From positions 1 through 64,000 of the IMG/VR virus record IMGVR_UViG_3300042319_001922: DNA of 64,000 nt. One strand, written 5' to 3'. How positions within the stretch are numbered: the stretch's first letter is position 1; every line of letters begins with the position of its first letter. This document shows positions 9,870 through 18,710 of this stretch, in pieces. The notes beneath the pieces were generated by a model. It saw only the letters and a list, made by a program, of their open reading frames with translations, made no database searches and was not told the origin of the DNA. The position numbers and the translations under genes were made by a program. The stretch comes from a virus.

Positions 9870-10107
9870 TTGATTTCTCCTTGATTATGACTACTTCTAC
9901 TCCTTGAGTCACAGCTTTTTCCAATAAAGTACTATAGCTGTGAACATCAAATTCAATAACTTGATACTTGCGGCCGTCCAACCATTGCTCCAGTGCAACG
10001 TCTTGGGAAAATTCCAAATCTGAATCGGCACTGCCTGCGGCCACCAATGCTTCGTGTAAGTTATATATTTTTAAATCTTTGCCCGGGCCTATATAATAAA
10101 GTATCAT
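9853..10107 (-). CDS. Hypothetical protein
   Basis: ATG at 10107 just downstream of TTGACT-N17-TATAAT (10115-10143). Confidence 0.55.
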   Translation of the reverse strand: MILYYIGPGKDLKIYNLHEALVAAGSADSDLEFSQDVALEQWLDGRKYQVIEFDVHSYSTLLEKAVTQGVEVVIIKEKSNDNTT

Positions 10108-10153
10108 ATATGTAATTATACAGCAATGCTCAGGCCAAGTCAAGTTTTTTCAA

Positions 10154-10396
10154 TTAAATTGGATAGATGTGTCGCCGAAGCCAACAGTCCCAGATGGTGA
10201 CTGTTTCCCAACTGTGTGGCCAATACAGTTGGAACAAACTAAAGCTTTGATTGTCGTGCAAGCGCATGCGATTGGTTTCAATTGTGCAAGGTACTCGGTG
10301 TGCCTTGGCCCAGTCTTGTAACATTTGTTGCGCATTTTTTTCACGTACAATCACCAAATAGAGTGGCTCGGCACTCCTGTAATTGAACACGGTCAT
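10154..10396 (-). CDS. Hypothetical protein
   Basis: ORF in operon orientation. Confidence 0.6.
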   Translation of the reverse strand: MTVFNYRSAEPLYLVIVREKNAQQMLQDWAKAHRVPCTIETNRMRLHDNQSFSLFQLYWPHSWETVTIWDCWLRRHIYPI

Positions 10397-10399
10397 TTG

Positions 10400-10654
10400 T
10401 TAATGCAAGGTAGCGTCAGGAGGTACACCAATCATGGATTGTTGTGAGGATTCATAGTGGGAGTATAATACGGCGAATTCATCATCTAGATTGAACCACT
10501 CGTGATCGTGCAATGATGCTCGCTCGGGATCCACTCCCAACAGTCGCATCATTGAGCCAATGGGAACTTGTTTGTAACCATGATTATATAACACTGCACA
10601 CAATTCCATTACAGTATCGCGTATCATGTGTTCAATTTGTTTGTCTTCCTGCAT
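10400..10654 (-). CDS. Hypothetical protein
   Basis: ORF in operon orientation. Confidence 0.6.
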   Translation of the reverse strand: MQEDKQIEHMIRDTVMELCAVLYNHGYKQVPIGSMMRLLGVDPERASLHDHEWFNLDDEFAVLYSHYESSQQSMIGVPPDATLH

Positions 10655-10687
10655 AAAATTAATTATGCCGATTGTTGATTTTCAGCA

Positions 10688-10716
10688 CAAAAGAAAAGCG
10701 GGCCGAAGCCCGCTTG
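10688..10716 (-). terminator. Rho-independent terminator
   Basis: AAGCGGGC-TTCG-GCCCGCTT followed by a T-tract on the minus strand. Confidence 0.85.
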
Positions 10717-10732
10717 TGTTGCTGGTGTGCAA

Positions 10733-11140
10733 TTATGCTGGATCAGCTTCGCGCATGTTCACTGCCTGGAGCAATGCTTCCGCAGTTACTGGCTTGGTTT
10801 TGGTGGCCTTTGGACTGGACACACTAGACTTGCTGGCTGTGCCAGTTTTGAGAGTAACTTTGACCTCGCTCTTTTTAACCACTCGAGCCTTGTCAGCGGC
10901 ACGGCTTGCAATTGCATAAGCCGCATCGCTAGTGAAGTTACCAGTACCTTCAAGATACTTGAGAGCATCAATCTTGGTCATTGGCTCAGGCAACTCCATC
11001 AAATTGATGTTGGTGCAGTTTGCCTTGTTGAGAATCTTGATACGTGCCACCAGGTCATTCGCAAAGCGAGCCTTGGTAGTACCATCAGGGTTAGTTGCAG
11101 TACCAGCTACGGTAAAAGTTTTGTTGTCTTGCTTAGCCAT
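10733..11140 (-). CDS. Hypothetical protein with Lys/Ala-rich tail
   Basis: Own promoter and terminator; basic C-terminus suggests nucleic-acid binding. Confidence 0.7.
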   Translation of the reverse strand: MAKQDNKTFTVAGTATNPDGTTKARFANDLVARIKILNKANCTNINLMELPEPMTKIDALKYLEGTGNFTSDAAYAIASRAADKARVVKKSEVKVTLKTGTASKSSVSSPKATKTKPVTAEALLQAVNMREADPA

Positions 11141-11208
11141 TGTGTGTGCCTTTCAAAGTGCCTAAAGTTAATTTACAAGTTTCATATGCTTTTTTACAGC
11201 ATACAAGT

Positions 11209-11237
11209 ATTATAGCAAAAAACAAGTTATTGGTCAA
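11209..11237 (-). promoter_or_regulatory. Sigma70 promoter TTGACC-N17-TATAAT
   Basis: Exact spacing, extended TG. Confidence 0.8.
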
Positions 11238-11581
11238 CCGTTTTCTGCCACATTTTGAGCTGATTTTTTACCAGATTTCTTACTGGATTTCTCAGCTCGG
11301 TCTTCAATCTTACCTTCCAAATTTTGGATTTGGTGACGCAAGGAGTGTAACCCCTGGCAAACCTCTTCATATTTTTGAAAAGTACGATCAAATCGAAATT
11401 GGTAAACTGCCACACAGGCCAGAAGAGTCTGAACTGTGTCTTCGTTGGTGAGTTTACCTTGATTGAACTGGTCAACAATTTCCTTGACGTCATCTACCAT
11501 ACCCCAACATTTGAGAATCTGTTGTTCCAGCTCAAAGTTGTCGTCAACCAATTGTGTGCTATGTTTCATTATTTTCTCCAT
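11234..11581 (-). CDS. Hypothetical coiled-coil protein
   Basis: TAATG-coupled to upstream gene. Confidence 0.65.
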   Translation of the reverse strand: MEKIMKHSTQLVDDNFELEQQILKCWGMVDDVKEIVDQFNQGKLTNEDTVQTLLACVAVYQFRFDRTFQKYEEVCQGLHSLRHQIQNLEGKIEDRAEKSSKKSGKKSAQNVAENG

Positions 11582-11994
11582 TACCAGCTTGAATTATAAA
11601 ATACTTTTAACCCCAAGAACAACTCTGCGCGAGCGTTTTTAATAAACTCCAAATCGCTTTGACGATAGTGTTTGTCTGAGTCTTCGCCAAAAAAGAATCC
11701 ACTTGTGCCTGGCAGTCGATTGTGTTTGACTGCATGCTCTAGAGCATCAAGATCTTCCCAGGTAAGCTCTAGTTCAATGCCGTTGAAACTATCATACTTT
11801 AATTTTTTTTGTTCTGCAAGCAGTTCCATCCAGCCATGCAGATTAGGATGCTTGCGCCAGTAGGCTAGTTCACGTGGCTTGGTTGTTGTTTTGTTCTCAT
11901 ACTCACGAGTTGTTTCATTGAACTCAGCACCTTCGTAAAACTCATCGCGCTGATTTGCTCGTTGTGCCACATAGGCGTACATATCTAATCCCAT
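11581..11994 (-). CDS. Conserved phage protein (MGLDMY...YWRK...W family)
   Basis: MGLDMY, YWRKHPNLHGWM, GFFFG, YNSSW; AAGGAG RBS. Confidence 0.75.
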   Translation of the reverse strand: MGLDMYAYVAQRANQRDEFYEGAEFNETTREYENKTTTKPRELAYWRKHPNLHGWMELLAEQKKLKYDSFNGIELELTWEDLDALEHAVKHNRLPGTSGFFFGEDSDKHYRQSDLEFIKNARAELFLGLKVFYNSSW

Positions 11995-12003
11995 GATATC
12001 TCC

Positions 12004-12531
12004 TTACAAATAAACATAACCCATTTTGGCCGCGTATTCATAACACTTTTCTCGAGGACGTTTCCGAATAGGTCGTGCTGGATTGCCAGCATAGATTGTC
12101 CACGGCTCGGTATTTTCTTTTAGCAAACTGTTTGCCCCAAGAAACGACCCTTCGGCCATTGTGATCCCAGGCATGACAACAGCATTGGTCATAACTCCGC
12201 TGAATCGTTCCAGTCTAATCGGAGCCACTATGGATGTATCGTGATACTCTTTTGGGATGAATGGGCCAATAAGACCCTCGCCTAAAAACAGTTCTGAACC
12301 GCCAACCATTTTAGATCCAGCACCAATAACACAGAAATCTTCCATGATCAAGGCACTGCTACGACCACCGATCACAGCCACATGTGGACTGATATGCACA
12401 TAGTCGCCCAGTTCCAGCGCAGTGGTACAATAGAATCCACTGTCAATGGCCACATGATTGCCAATCTTGCATAAGTCCAAATGCCTAATTTCGGCACTTG
12501 CACTGATTATAACATCTTCACCTTGCGTCAT
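12004..12531 (-). CDS. Hexapeptide-repeat (left-handed beta-helix) acyl/acetyltransferase
   Basis: Hexapeptide repeats; IYAGNPARPIR C-terminus typical of sugar O/N-acetyltransferases. Confidence 0.85.
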   Translation of the reverse strand: MTQGEDVIISASAEIRHLDLCKIGNHVAIDSGFYCTTALELGDYVHISPHVAVIGGRSSALIMEDFCVIGAGSKMVGGSELFLGEGLIGPFIPKEYHDTSIVAPIRLERFSGVMTNAVVMPGITMAEGSFLGANSLLKENTEPWTIYAGNPARPIRKRPREKCYEYAAKMGYVYL

Positions 12532-12535
12532 ATTT

Positions 12536-12874
12536 TTACTTTATTAAAACTTTAGATTCGTCAAGTCGATCACTGTATATCTTCTGACCAAGTTTGCGAA
12601 TAGTGTCTGCCGCCTGCTGGGGTGCAGACTCAAACATATCTTGTATATCTTCTTTGGTAATTCCATCTACTGCACTTACCACATAAATTTCATAATGCCG
12701 GTGCGTGTTGTATCTTGCACGAAGCATCAAGTGATTGATGTTTGCTAGTTTGGCAGTTGGGTTAGTTCCTTTAAGAGCTGACCAGGTCAAATCGTGTTGA
12801 TACTCAGTGATGTTACCAATGTATTCAAGTCCCTGGTTATCCCAGGAAATTAAAAATTGTGTTACCTTGCTCAT
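12536..12874 (-). CDS. Hypothetical phage protein
   Basis: Coupled ORF. Confidence 0.65.
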   Translation of the reverse strand: MSKVTQFLISWDNQGLEYIGNITEYQHDLTWSALKGTNPTAKLANINHLMLRARYNTHRHYEIYVVSAVDGITKEDIQDMFESAPQQAADTIRKLGQKIYSDRLDESKVLIK

Positions 12875-13560
12875 ATCAACTTGACTCGGGTCAACTGAGT
12901 GGTGTCAGGACGCAGTGCTTTGATACTGCCCTGAGCCAAAAACCTCGAACCCACTGGCACACTGGCACGGTAGCTAAAGAACACACTTTGATTGTGTTCG
13001 GTGATTGCTGTTACAAAAAATACATTGTAATTTTGACTGTACACCACCTTGGTGACTTCGATTGAAGTTCTAATCTTGTCGCCCACTTGTCCCAGTGCCG
13101 GGGCAGTTGCATCCACGCGACTCATCAACTCAGTAAACGATTTGCTGGAAATAAAACTTTGAATCTGACTGGCAGTGATGGCCAATTCATAACGTTGAGT
13201 GTTGTCGAACGTTTCCATCTCAGCTACCTTGGAAACCAGCTGTTCAAAATCATTGAGCTTGGTTTTAAGTGCCCTGAATGTCAGCGTTTTCTTGTGCCAC
13301 TCACGGGCCTGTTTGCCGACATCAGCGTCAGCTGGAGTGATCACTGCAACATCGGCTAGAGCTTCTGAAACCAAAACTTTGTTGGGTTTGCGAACAAGAG
13401 TGTCATCTTTGTATTCCGGCTCTTTAACGTAGGAACCATTGATGCGTTGTGCATAGGCCGCAGCCGCCCATACCAAAAGAGATGGCCAAGTCTGTGTAGG
13501 CTTGCCGGCATTGCGAGCACGAAATCCACCTGCATAATAACTCTTGTGCACAATCTTCAT
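12871..13560 (-). CDS. Hypothetical protein with C-terminal OB-fold-like domain
   Basis: GxVGDKI...TQLTRVK pattern. Confidence 0.6.
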   Translation of the reverse strand: MKIVHKSYYAGGFRARNAGKPTQTWPSLLVWAAAAYAQRINGSYVKEPEYKDDTLVRKPNKVLVSEALADVAVITPADADVGKQAREWHKKTLTFRALKTKLNDFEQLVSKVAEMETFDNTQRYELAITASQIQSFISSKSFTELMSRVDATAPALGQVGDKIRTSIEVTKVVYSQNYNVFFVTAITEHNQSVFFSYRASVPVGSRFLAQGSIKALRPDTTQLTRVKLI

Positions 13561-13790
13561 TACACAATCTCCGTTACTGTATAATTTACACGATGATAAC
13601 CCACGTCGTAAGATCCGCCATATCCAGCAAACTGGCTTCCGTTGCAGGTTAACTTGGCCCGACCATTCTTGGCCATTTTTCTAGCCAATCGCAACCATGG
13701 TCCACCTGTAGAGGACTTGGTAACACGGCCATCGGCAGTTTCTCTAACCATGACATCAAATGTAAAACTACGCGGTATTATTTTTTTCAT
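13560..13790 (-). CDS. Hypothetical protein
   Basis: ATG at 13790 directly after the upstream stop. Confidence 0.55.
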   Translation of the reverse strand: MKKIIPRSFTFDVMVRETADGRVTKSSTGGPWLRLARKMAKNGRAKLTCNGSQFAGYGGSYDVGYHRVNYTVTEIV

Positions 13791-13791
13791 A

Positions 13792-14070
13792 TCACATGCT
13801 CCAGTAAGTTTCGGAAGCAGGGTTGCAACACCATGGAGTGTCTGCATCGATCTCTACAGGCTTGCCGCTCATCAAATTCTTCACTGTGATCTTGGGAGCC
13901 CGGTAAGTGTCACGAGCAACAATGTTCAGTTCGTTTTCGCCCCAACCTGCTTTGCGGCAGAGTCGTGTACGAGTAGCCTTAGCGGCACCAAAAGTTTTGT
14001 AGGCACGAGTTTTGTTGGGACCGTCTGTAACAATTAAACCTGTACCTTTTGCAACGATTACGTATGTCAT
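13792..14070 (-). CDS. Early hypothetical protein
   Basis: AAGGAG RBS; DTPWCCNPASETYWSM C-terminus. Confidence 0.7.
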   Translation of the reverse strand: MTYVIVAKGTGLIVTDGPNKTRAYKTFGAAKATRTRLCRKAGWGENELNIVARDTYRAPKITVKNLMSGKPVEIDADTPWCCNPASETYWSM

Positions 14071-14074
14071 CTAA

Positions 14075-14205
14075 AGCTCCTTTGTTTCTTACTATACTTC
14101 TATTATAACAAAATGGGAGATTCTGGTCAACCAGTTTTTTTCGGTGCTTTTTCCTGGGTTTTTTTGTTGTTTTTATGCAACACATTCTGTTGTTTTGTTG
14201 CAACA
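14075..14205 (-). promoter_or_regulatory. Early promoter/RBS module with two TGTTG-N8-CAACA boxes
   Basis: -10 at 14102-14107, -35 at 14125-14130, boxes at 14165-14182 and 14188-14205. Confidence 0.8.
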
Positions 14206-14408
14206 CTGAATTCCCGCTGAACATAGTGCTTGATCAGTGTGCGCTGGATCATGGTCACTAGATCTCCCTGATCATCAGCCACAACAAACCTCACCGGGCA
14301 CCTGGCCCAGGTACCAGATTTTACAAAATCATAATAAAATCTCCTGTGCTGGCGATTGCCGGGGTTGAAAACAATCCAAGGTCTTCCATGTAGTTCAAGT
14401 TGGCTCAT
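14127..14408 (-). CDS. Hypothetical phage protein
   Basis: RPWIVFNP...W..CPVRF motif; 3' end overlaps the promoter boxes. Confidence 0.6.
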   Translation of the reverse strand: MSQLELHGRPWIVFNPGNRQHRRFYYDFVKSGTWARCPVRFVVADDQGDLVTMIQRTLIKHYVQREFSVATKQQNVLHKNNKKTQEKAPKKTG

Positions 14409-14411
14409 AAT

Positions 14412-14969
14412 TTATACCTTAAAATAAGTGTAGTGACTGTCTAAATTCCAAGTGGTAGTATCAACTACCACGCCGTCATGAGTTGTTAATGAAATGCCCA
14501 ACTCTTGATATCTTTTCCAAAACCAATAAATGTCCGGTGTTGTGCTGCCTAACTTGGTTGAGTTTAATTTTTTATGATTTGCGGCACTCAAGCGACATGT
14601 TGGAATGTTCAATGCTTCATCCACAGTGAGGCGTCCAAACAATACCAAGTCACGGGCCACAGAAGCAGGAATCACATGTTCGAACTCAGTCTTGGTACCA
14701 TGTGGTAGGCCTGTTTCATAGTAGTGGGCTCCGATGTTTTCTTTGATTGAGTAGCCATGATATCTGCGTAACAACACATCAATCATGTCGCGGATTAAAC
14801 GTGCTGTTTGTCCTTCTACCTTGAGTTGTTTATACTGCTCTACATGTCGCAAGATTTCACTGCGACAGTATTCTTGAGTTTCGCTGTAGCTTGCGCCGCC
14901 ACGCTTGACAGGCGTGGGTTTCTTTTGTGCAAAATTAACAACACGTTGTTGTAATGGAATTGGTTTCAT
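14412..14969 (-). CDS. Putative HNH-like nuclease-domain protein
   Basis: EFEHVIPA...CRLSAANHKKLN; starts right after the stop of the DGQH gene. Confidence 0.45.
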   Translation of the reverse strand: MKPIPLQQRVVNFAQKKPTPVKRGGASYSETQEYCRSEILRHVEQYKQLKVEGQTARLIRDMIDVLLRRYHGYSIKENIGAHYYETGLPHGTKTEFEHVIPASVARDLVLFGRLTVDEALNIPTCRLSAANHKKLNSTKLGSTTPDIYWFWKRYQELGISLTTHDGVVVDTTTWNLDSHYTYFKV

Positions 14970-14970
14970 T

Positions 14971-16182
14971 TTAGAACAAGTCCTTGACATCAGGTGTGTA
15001 CACCGAGAACGGTTGCTTGGGAAACTTAAATCCTTTGGCTTTTGTCGGAGCCCAGGTATGCTTTAACTGATGCCAGAAAAATGCAGTACCTTGCGGTGTG
15101 TTCTTGTTGTTACGCGGTGCATCAGGCCACATGTGCTTGGCAATGCCTTTATAGGTTTTGTTGTAGGCATTTAAGTTGGCTTGATGAGCAGTTTTCCAGA
15201 ATTCACTCTTGGCGTCAAAGTTGGCTTGAAACATGTCAATGCAATGTTGGGCCAAGTCTTCAATGTCAGCGTCACTGTACACAATGTCTTGCTGTTCACA
15301 CAAGTTCAAGAACTCAATAATGATCGGGATTTCCTTGCTGTTGATAGGACGTTGTTGAATGCCCACAACATAGTTGCCATACACAGCAAACTGACGCACA
15401 ACTTCAACCGAAGCATCGTTCAGTTCGTTGAGACGACTAATGGCGCCTGTTTGATCAGTGTCGTTAAACTTTTCAGCTGTCAAGAACATGCCAGCGTTGG
15501 CAATGTGCTTCCACTTGGTGTGTGCGTCTACCCACTCAGGCTCGTTAACGCCGTCAACCTCAACACCGTAGATCATTTGCATGAAAATGTCAATGATGTC
15601 CAAGGGCTTCTTGCCTGCGTTTTTACCCACTGTGGTGTTGTTGTTAATAAAGTTACCACGAATCTCACCGCGGCTGGTGATGTCATAGATGTTGATTGGC
15701 ACTTCAATGTCATCAAAGTTTTCACCCAGGCCCACAGTTGCAATCAAGTACAGAGCAATCGAAGTGTGCTGACCATCCCACCCACCCCATTGCCCGGCAC
15801 CAGTTGCATACACCTGAATAGGTTGTGCTTGGTATGCACGGAAGTTGGTGATGATGGTGATAATCCAATCCAAGTTGGGTTCACGTTGCATTGTGGTGTC
15901 AATCACAATGTCCTTGAGCTTGCCTGTCAGACTCTTGCAAAGACGAAAACGTGAGCGATCGTTGACGCTGGTGAGGCCAGGATGATTCTTTTTAAAGACT
16001 GTGATTGCTTTGGCCAGTTTGCTTTGCCAATTGCGGCGTGCTTGCACAGGCATTGCGGCAACGGTGTCGTTGTAGCGTTGAACCAAGTCAATTAGATTAG
16101 AAGCTGAATTTGTATAGCGGGCGTTCTTAGTGGCCGCGTAGTTGTTGGACAAAATTGCCCAGGTTTGTGTGGCGGTAGCCAT
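14971..16182 (-). CDS. ParB/DndB/DUF262-superfamily protein (DGQH motif)
   Basis: DTTMQRE and WDGQHT motifs. Confidence 0.6.
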   Translation of the reverse strand: MATATQTWAILSNNYAATKNARYTNSASNLIDLVQRYNDTVAAMPVQARRNWQSKLAKAITVFKKNHPGLTSVNDRSRFRLCKSLTGKLKDIVIDTTMQREPNLDWIITIITNFRAYQAQPIQVYATGAGQWGGWDGQHTSIALYLIATVGLGENFDDIEVPINIYDITSRGEIRGNFINNNTTVGKNAGKKPLDIIDIFMQMIYGVEVDGVNEPEWVDAHTKWKHIANAGMFLTAEKFNDTDQTGAISRLNELNDASVEVVRQFAVYGNYVVGIQQRPINSKEIPIIIEFLNLCEQQDIVYSDADIEDLAQHCIDMFQANFDAKSEFWKTAHQANLNAYNKTYKGIAKHMWPDAPRNNKNTPQGTAFFWHQLKHTWAPTKAKGFKFPKQPFSVYTPDVKDLF

Positions 16183-16279
16183 AGTTAGTTCCTTTTTGTT
16201 CGTAATCGTTACAACTCAGTGACACCATGTCACGTTGTTGTGTTTTGATTAGCCGGTATAAATCTTGTACCGTATGCAT

Positions 16280-16309
16280 ATTATATGCGAAAATGCCAAT
16301 TGTTGTCAA
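16280..16309 (-). promoter_or_regulatory. Sigma70 promoter TTGACA-N18-TATAAT
   Basis: Consensus hexamers upstream of a ~95-nt leader. Confidence 0.7.
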
Positions 16310-16316
16310 CCAAGAA

Positions 16317-16715
16317 TTACCAAAGAACAGGTTCGGGTGTAGTCCTTTCACCTTTTAAAGCCAGCATGATTTCTTCCTGTTCGGTGTAGATCATACGGGC
16401 TGATTCCAGGATCAAGCGACGATCCATGGCGTCTAGCTTCATCCAAGCCTTGATTGTGTGATAGTTGCTGTAGCTTTCTATTGGGAATGAATCCTGGATC
16501 CAACCTGTGGTGTGCTTGAGTGCCTCAATTGTGTTGCCGGGGTGACTCGACTGCACGGCCCGCATAAAGTCATTGGCCAGTACCGCTGACCAAAACGATC
16601 CCGGTTCAAATCCATGGACTAGATAGTTGTACAAGGGATCAAAGTACTCGCGAGGCACTGACCAACGAGTAGCACTCAGCATCATGCGATTACGACTGAA
16701 TTTGGTTAGTGTCAC
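16317..16715 (-). CDS. Hypothetical phage protein
   Basis: YLVHGFEPGSFWSAVLAND motif. Confidence 0.7.
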   Translation of the reverse strand: MTLTKFSRNRMMLSATRWSVPREYFDPLYNYLVHGFEPGSFWSAVLANDFMRAVQSSHPGNTIEALKHTTGWIQDSFPIESYSNYHTIKAWMKLDAMDRRLILESARMIYTEQEEIMLALKGERTTPEPVLW

Positions 16716-16843
16716 GATTCAACTCCTTTAGTACAAGATATTTTATCCGGGCTGTACATTAGCACAAAGTTGCCAACATTCATGGTGCCTAGCACGGCCA
16801 GAAATACTACAAATCCACCAACTACAGCAAACATTGTTTTCAT
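16712..16843 (-). CDS. Small membrane protein (43 aa, not in ORF track)
   Basis: MKTMFAVVVGFVVFLAVLG...; coupled on both sides. Confidence 0.55.
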   Translation of the reverse strand: MKTMFAVVGGFVVFLAVLGTMNVGNFVLMYSPDKISCTKGVES

Positions 16844-17094
16844 TCTTCAACTCCGAACTTGTGTTTAATCTCTGCTACACAATCTCTGCGAAACGAATCC
16901 TCGATCTGATTGCGATAATCATCGTAGCCCGGGCTTAGACCTTCTACAATGTTCACACATTCTCGCACAATCAACTCGGCGAACTTTTCTAGCCCGTTGC
17001 CAAAGACAATATTTTTAACTTCATCGCCTGATTTAAAATCTTTTGCCTGTGTAAGATCAGCCTGTAGAGCAAGTTCTTTAATTCGTTCGTTCAT
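16840..17094 (-). CDS. Hypothetical phage protein (MNERIKELA...KFAELIVREC family)
   Basis: ATGA-coupled; recurrent phage motif. Confidence 0.7.
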   Translation of the reverse strand: MNERIKELALQADLTQAKDFKSGDEVKNIVFGNGLEKFAELIVRECVNIVEGLSPGYDDYRNQIEDSFRRDCVAEIKHKFGVEE

Positions 17095-17210
17095 AAAAAC
17101 CACTCCATGTAAATCCAGGCCACAATGCAAGCAACATTAAACCATACAGCAAACAATACCATGTAGAGCATCACCTGAGCCCGCCGTCCTGCTTGTTCAG
17201 CCTCGTTCAT
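17091..17210 (-). CDS. Small membrane protein (39 aa, not in ORF track)
   Basis: MNEAEQAGRRAQVMLYMVLFAVWFNVACIVAWIYMEWFL; coupled on both sides. Confidence 0.5.
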   Translation of the reverse strand: MNEAEQAGRRAQVMLYMVLFAVWFNVACIVAWIYMEWFL

Positions 17211-17314
17211 AGGTGCCAACTTTCATTTGGATCTTTTGGTGAAAATAACAATGCTAGTCCAACTACAGAGACAACAATGCTATACCCTATCAACACTAAT
17301 TCATTAATTGTCAT
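17207..17314 (-). CDS. Small membrane protein (35 aa, not in ORF track)
   Basis: MTINELVLIGYSIVVSVVGLALLFSP; ATGA-coupled. Confidence 0.5.
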   Translation of the reverse strand: MTINELVLIGYSIVVSVVGLALLFSPKDPNESWHL

Positions 17315-17868
17315 TCTTCAACTCCTACGTACCGGCTTGCCTCGGCGTGCAAACCTGCGTCACCCCGAGTCATCACAGCCAACAACAATCTCTTTTCTTC
17401 CAAGTAGGTCCTAGCGAAAGCAGGGTCATGTTCCATGATGCTTCGGCTGTTGCTGATCAAATCTGCCAACTTGATGGTCTGTGCTTCGGCAGGTGCTTCG
17501 GCAGTGTGAGCACGGTCCACGGCCTTACGATAAGCACGGTTGCCATCTTCGGGCCTGGAAACGTCAGTGAGCCAGCCAACCAAGGCAGCGATGTCAGCAC
17601 CAAAGGCCACGTGCACATCAGTGAAAGTGCAATCAGTGTCTTCCACAACATCGTGCAACCAAGCAGCCGCAACCATGTCGGGTGTAGCACCTGGAACACC
17701 AGCCACGATCCGGGCAACTTCGGCAGGGTGGACGATGTAGGGTTCGCCGGTGTACTTACGCTTCTGTCCAACTGCGGCGTGAGCAGCCATGGCATATACT
17801 TGTGCCTTACGCACAATATCCATGCCACTTTGATCCATTGTAAAATCTTCCATACTGCTCTCCTTCAT
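17311..17868 (-). CDS. HD-domain (p)ppGpp hydrolase-like protein (SAH/Mesh1 family)
   Basis: HxxxGQKRKYTGEPYIVHP, LHDVVEDT, IKLADLISN motifs. Confidence 0.85.
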   Translation of the reverse strand: MKESSMEDFTMDQSGMDIVRKAQVYAMAAHAAVGQKRKYTGEPYIVHPAEVARIVAGVPGATPDMVAAAWLHDVVEDTDCTFTDVHVAFGADIAALVGWLTDVSRPEDGNRAYRKAVDRAHTAEAPAEAQTIKLADLISNSRSIMEHDPAFARTYLEEKRLLLAVMTRGDAGLHAEASRYVGVEE

Positions 17869-17881
17869 TGTCTATGTGTAT

Positions 17882-17910
17882 ATTATAGCAGATCGGGAGA
17901 TTTTGGTCAA
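17882..17910 (-). promoter_or_regulatory. Sigma70 promoter TTGACC-N17-TATAAT
   Basis: Same module as the other early promoters. Confidence 0.8.
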
Positions 17911-17918
17911 CCAAAAGA

Positions 17919-17938
17919 TAAGCCCCTTTCGGGGCTTA
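17919..17938. terminator. Rho-independent terminator hairpin
   Basis: TAAGCCCC-TTTC-GGGGCTTA. Confidence 0.75.
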
Positions 17939-17949
17939 AAATGTAGTAC

Positions 17950-18693
17950 TCAAGTATTACCAAGTACGCGAATTGCAACTTTTTGATGCCGACTCACTCG
18001 CCCAATATACTCATACCGGATCTTGTGCTGTGCAACAAACTCTTGCCATGCTCGGAATTCATCCAACTGCCAGCCTGGGTAGTTCATGTACTCATCAAAA
18101 ATAATCACTGTGCCGGGCACAATGTTGTTTTTTAAGTTGTCCAAAATTGTAACTGTGCTAGAATACAAATCACAATCCACATGCAACAATTGCACAGGCC
18201 TAGATCCTTGTTCTTGCACAAAGCTTGGCAGTGTCTGATCAAACCAACCCACATGCAATTCACAGTTGCCACGAACTCGGGGAAGCTTGCTTCTTGCAAA
18301 GAAACCTTTGCGCATCCTTGATGTCCAGTCTTCGGGCAGGCCTTTGAAGCCATCAAATCCATGCACAATTTTGTGCGGCAACCAGTAAGCAAATTGATTC
18401 AGTGTGCGCCCAGTGGCCACCCCAAACTCAAGCACCATGCCACGTAGGCCAAGATGGTTGGCTAACTGTGTTTTGCACACCCACTCATGCAAATCATAGT
18501 CAGTATCAAAGTTAGGAACTGCCCGCATGTGCTCTAGCACATAACGAGCAGATTCTTCGCTGGCTAATCGAACTGCGGTAAACTCAGTGTCGATGACATC
18601 AGTATACAGTCCAAGTAGTTGTTTTTGTACAGTGGTGGGCTGTGGGTAGCGCCACCACTCTTCAATTCTATCCAATAGTCTATGTAAGTTCAT
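17950..18693 (-). CDS. Class I SAM methyltransferase (TylF/MycF-like)
   Basis: LEFGVATG, GFDGFKGLPEDW, GWF, LHVDCDLYSST, IIFDEY motifs. Confidence 0.85.
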   Translation of the reverse strand: MNLHRLLDRIEEWWRYPQPTTVQKQLLGLYTDVIDTEFTAVRLASEESARYVLEHMRAVPNFDTDYDLHEWVCKTQLANHLGLRGMVLEFGVATGRTLNQFAYWLPHKIVHGFDGFKGLPEDWTSRMRKGFFARSKLPRVRGNCELHVGWFDQTLPSFVQEQGSRPVQLLHVDCDLYSSTVTILDNLKNNIVPGTVIIFDEYMNYPGWQLDEFRAWQEFVAQHKIRYEYIGRVSRHQKVAIRVLGNT

Positions 18694-18710
18694 CTAGCAA
18701 GTATAACAGA

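Noticed and set aside
15181-15954. Long plus-strand ORFs (also 17308-17946, 21173-21928, 24408-25037, 55448-55948)
   Set aside because: These are antisense shadows of motif-bearing or RBS-supported minus-strand genes and carry no recognisable motifs
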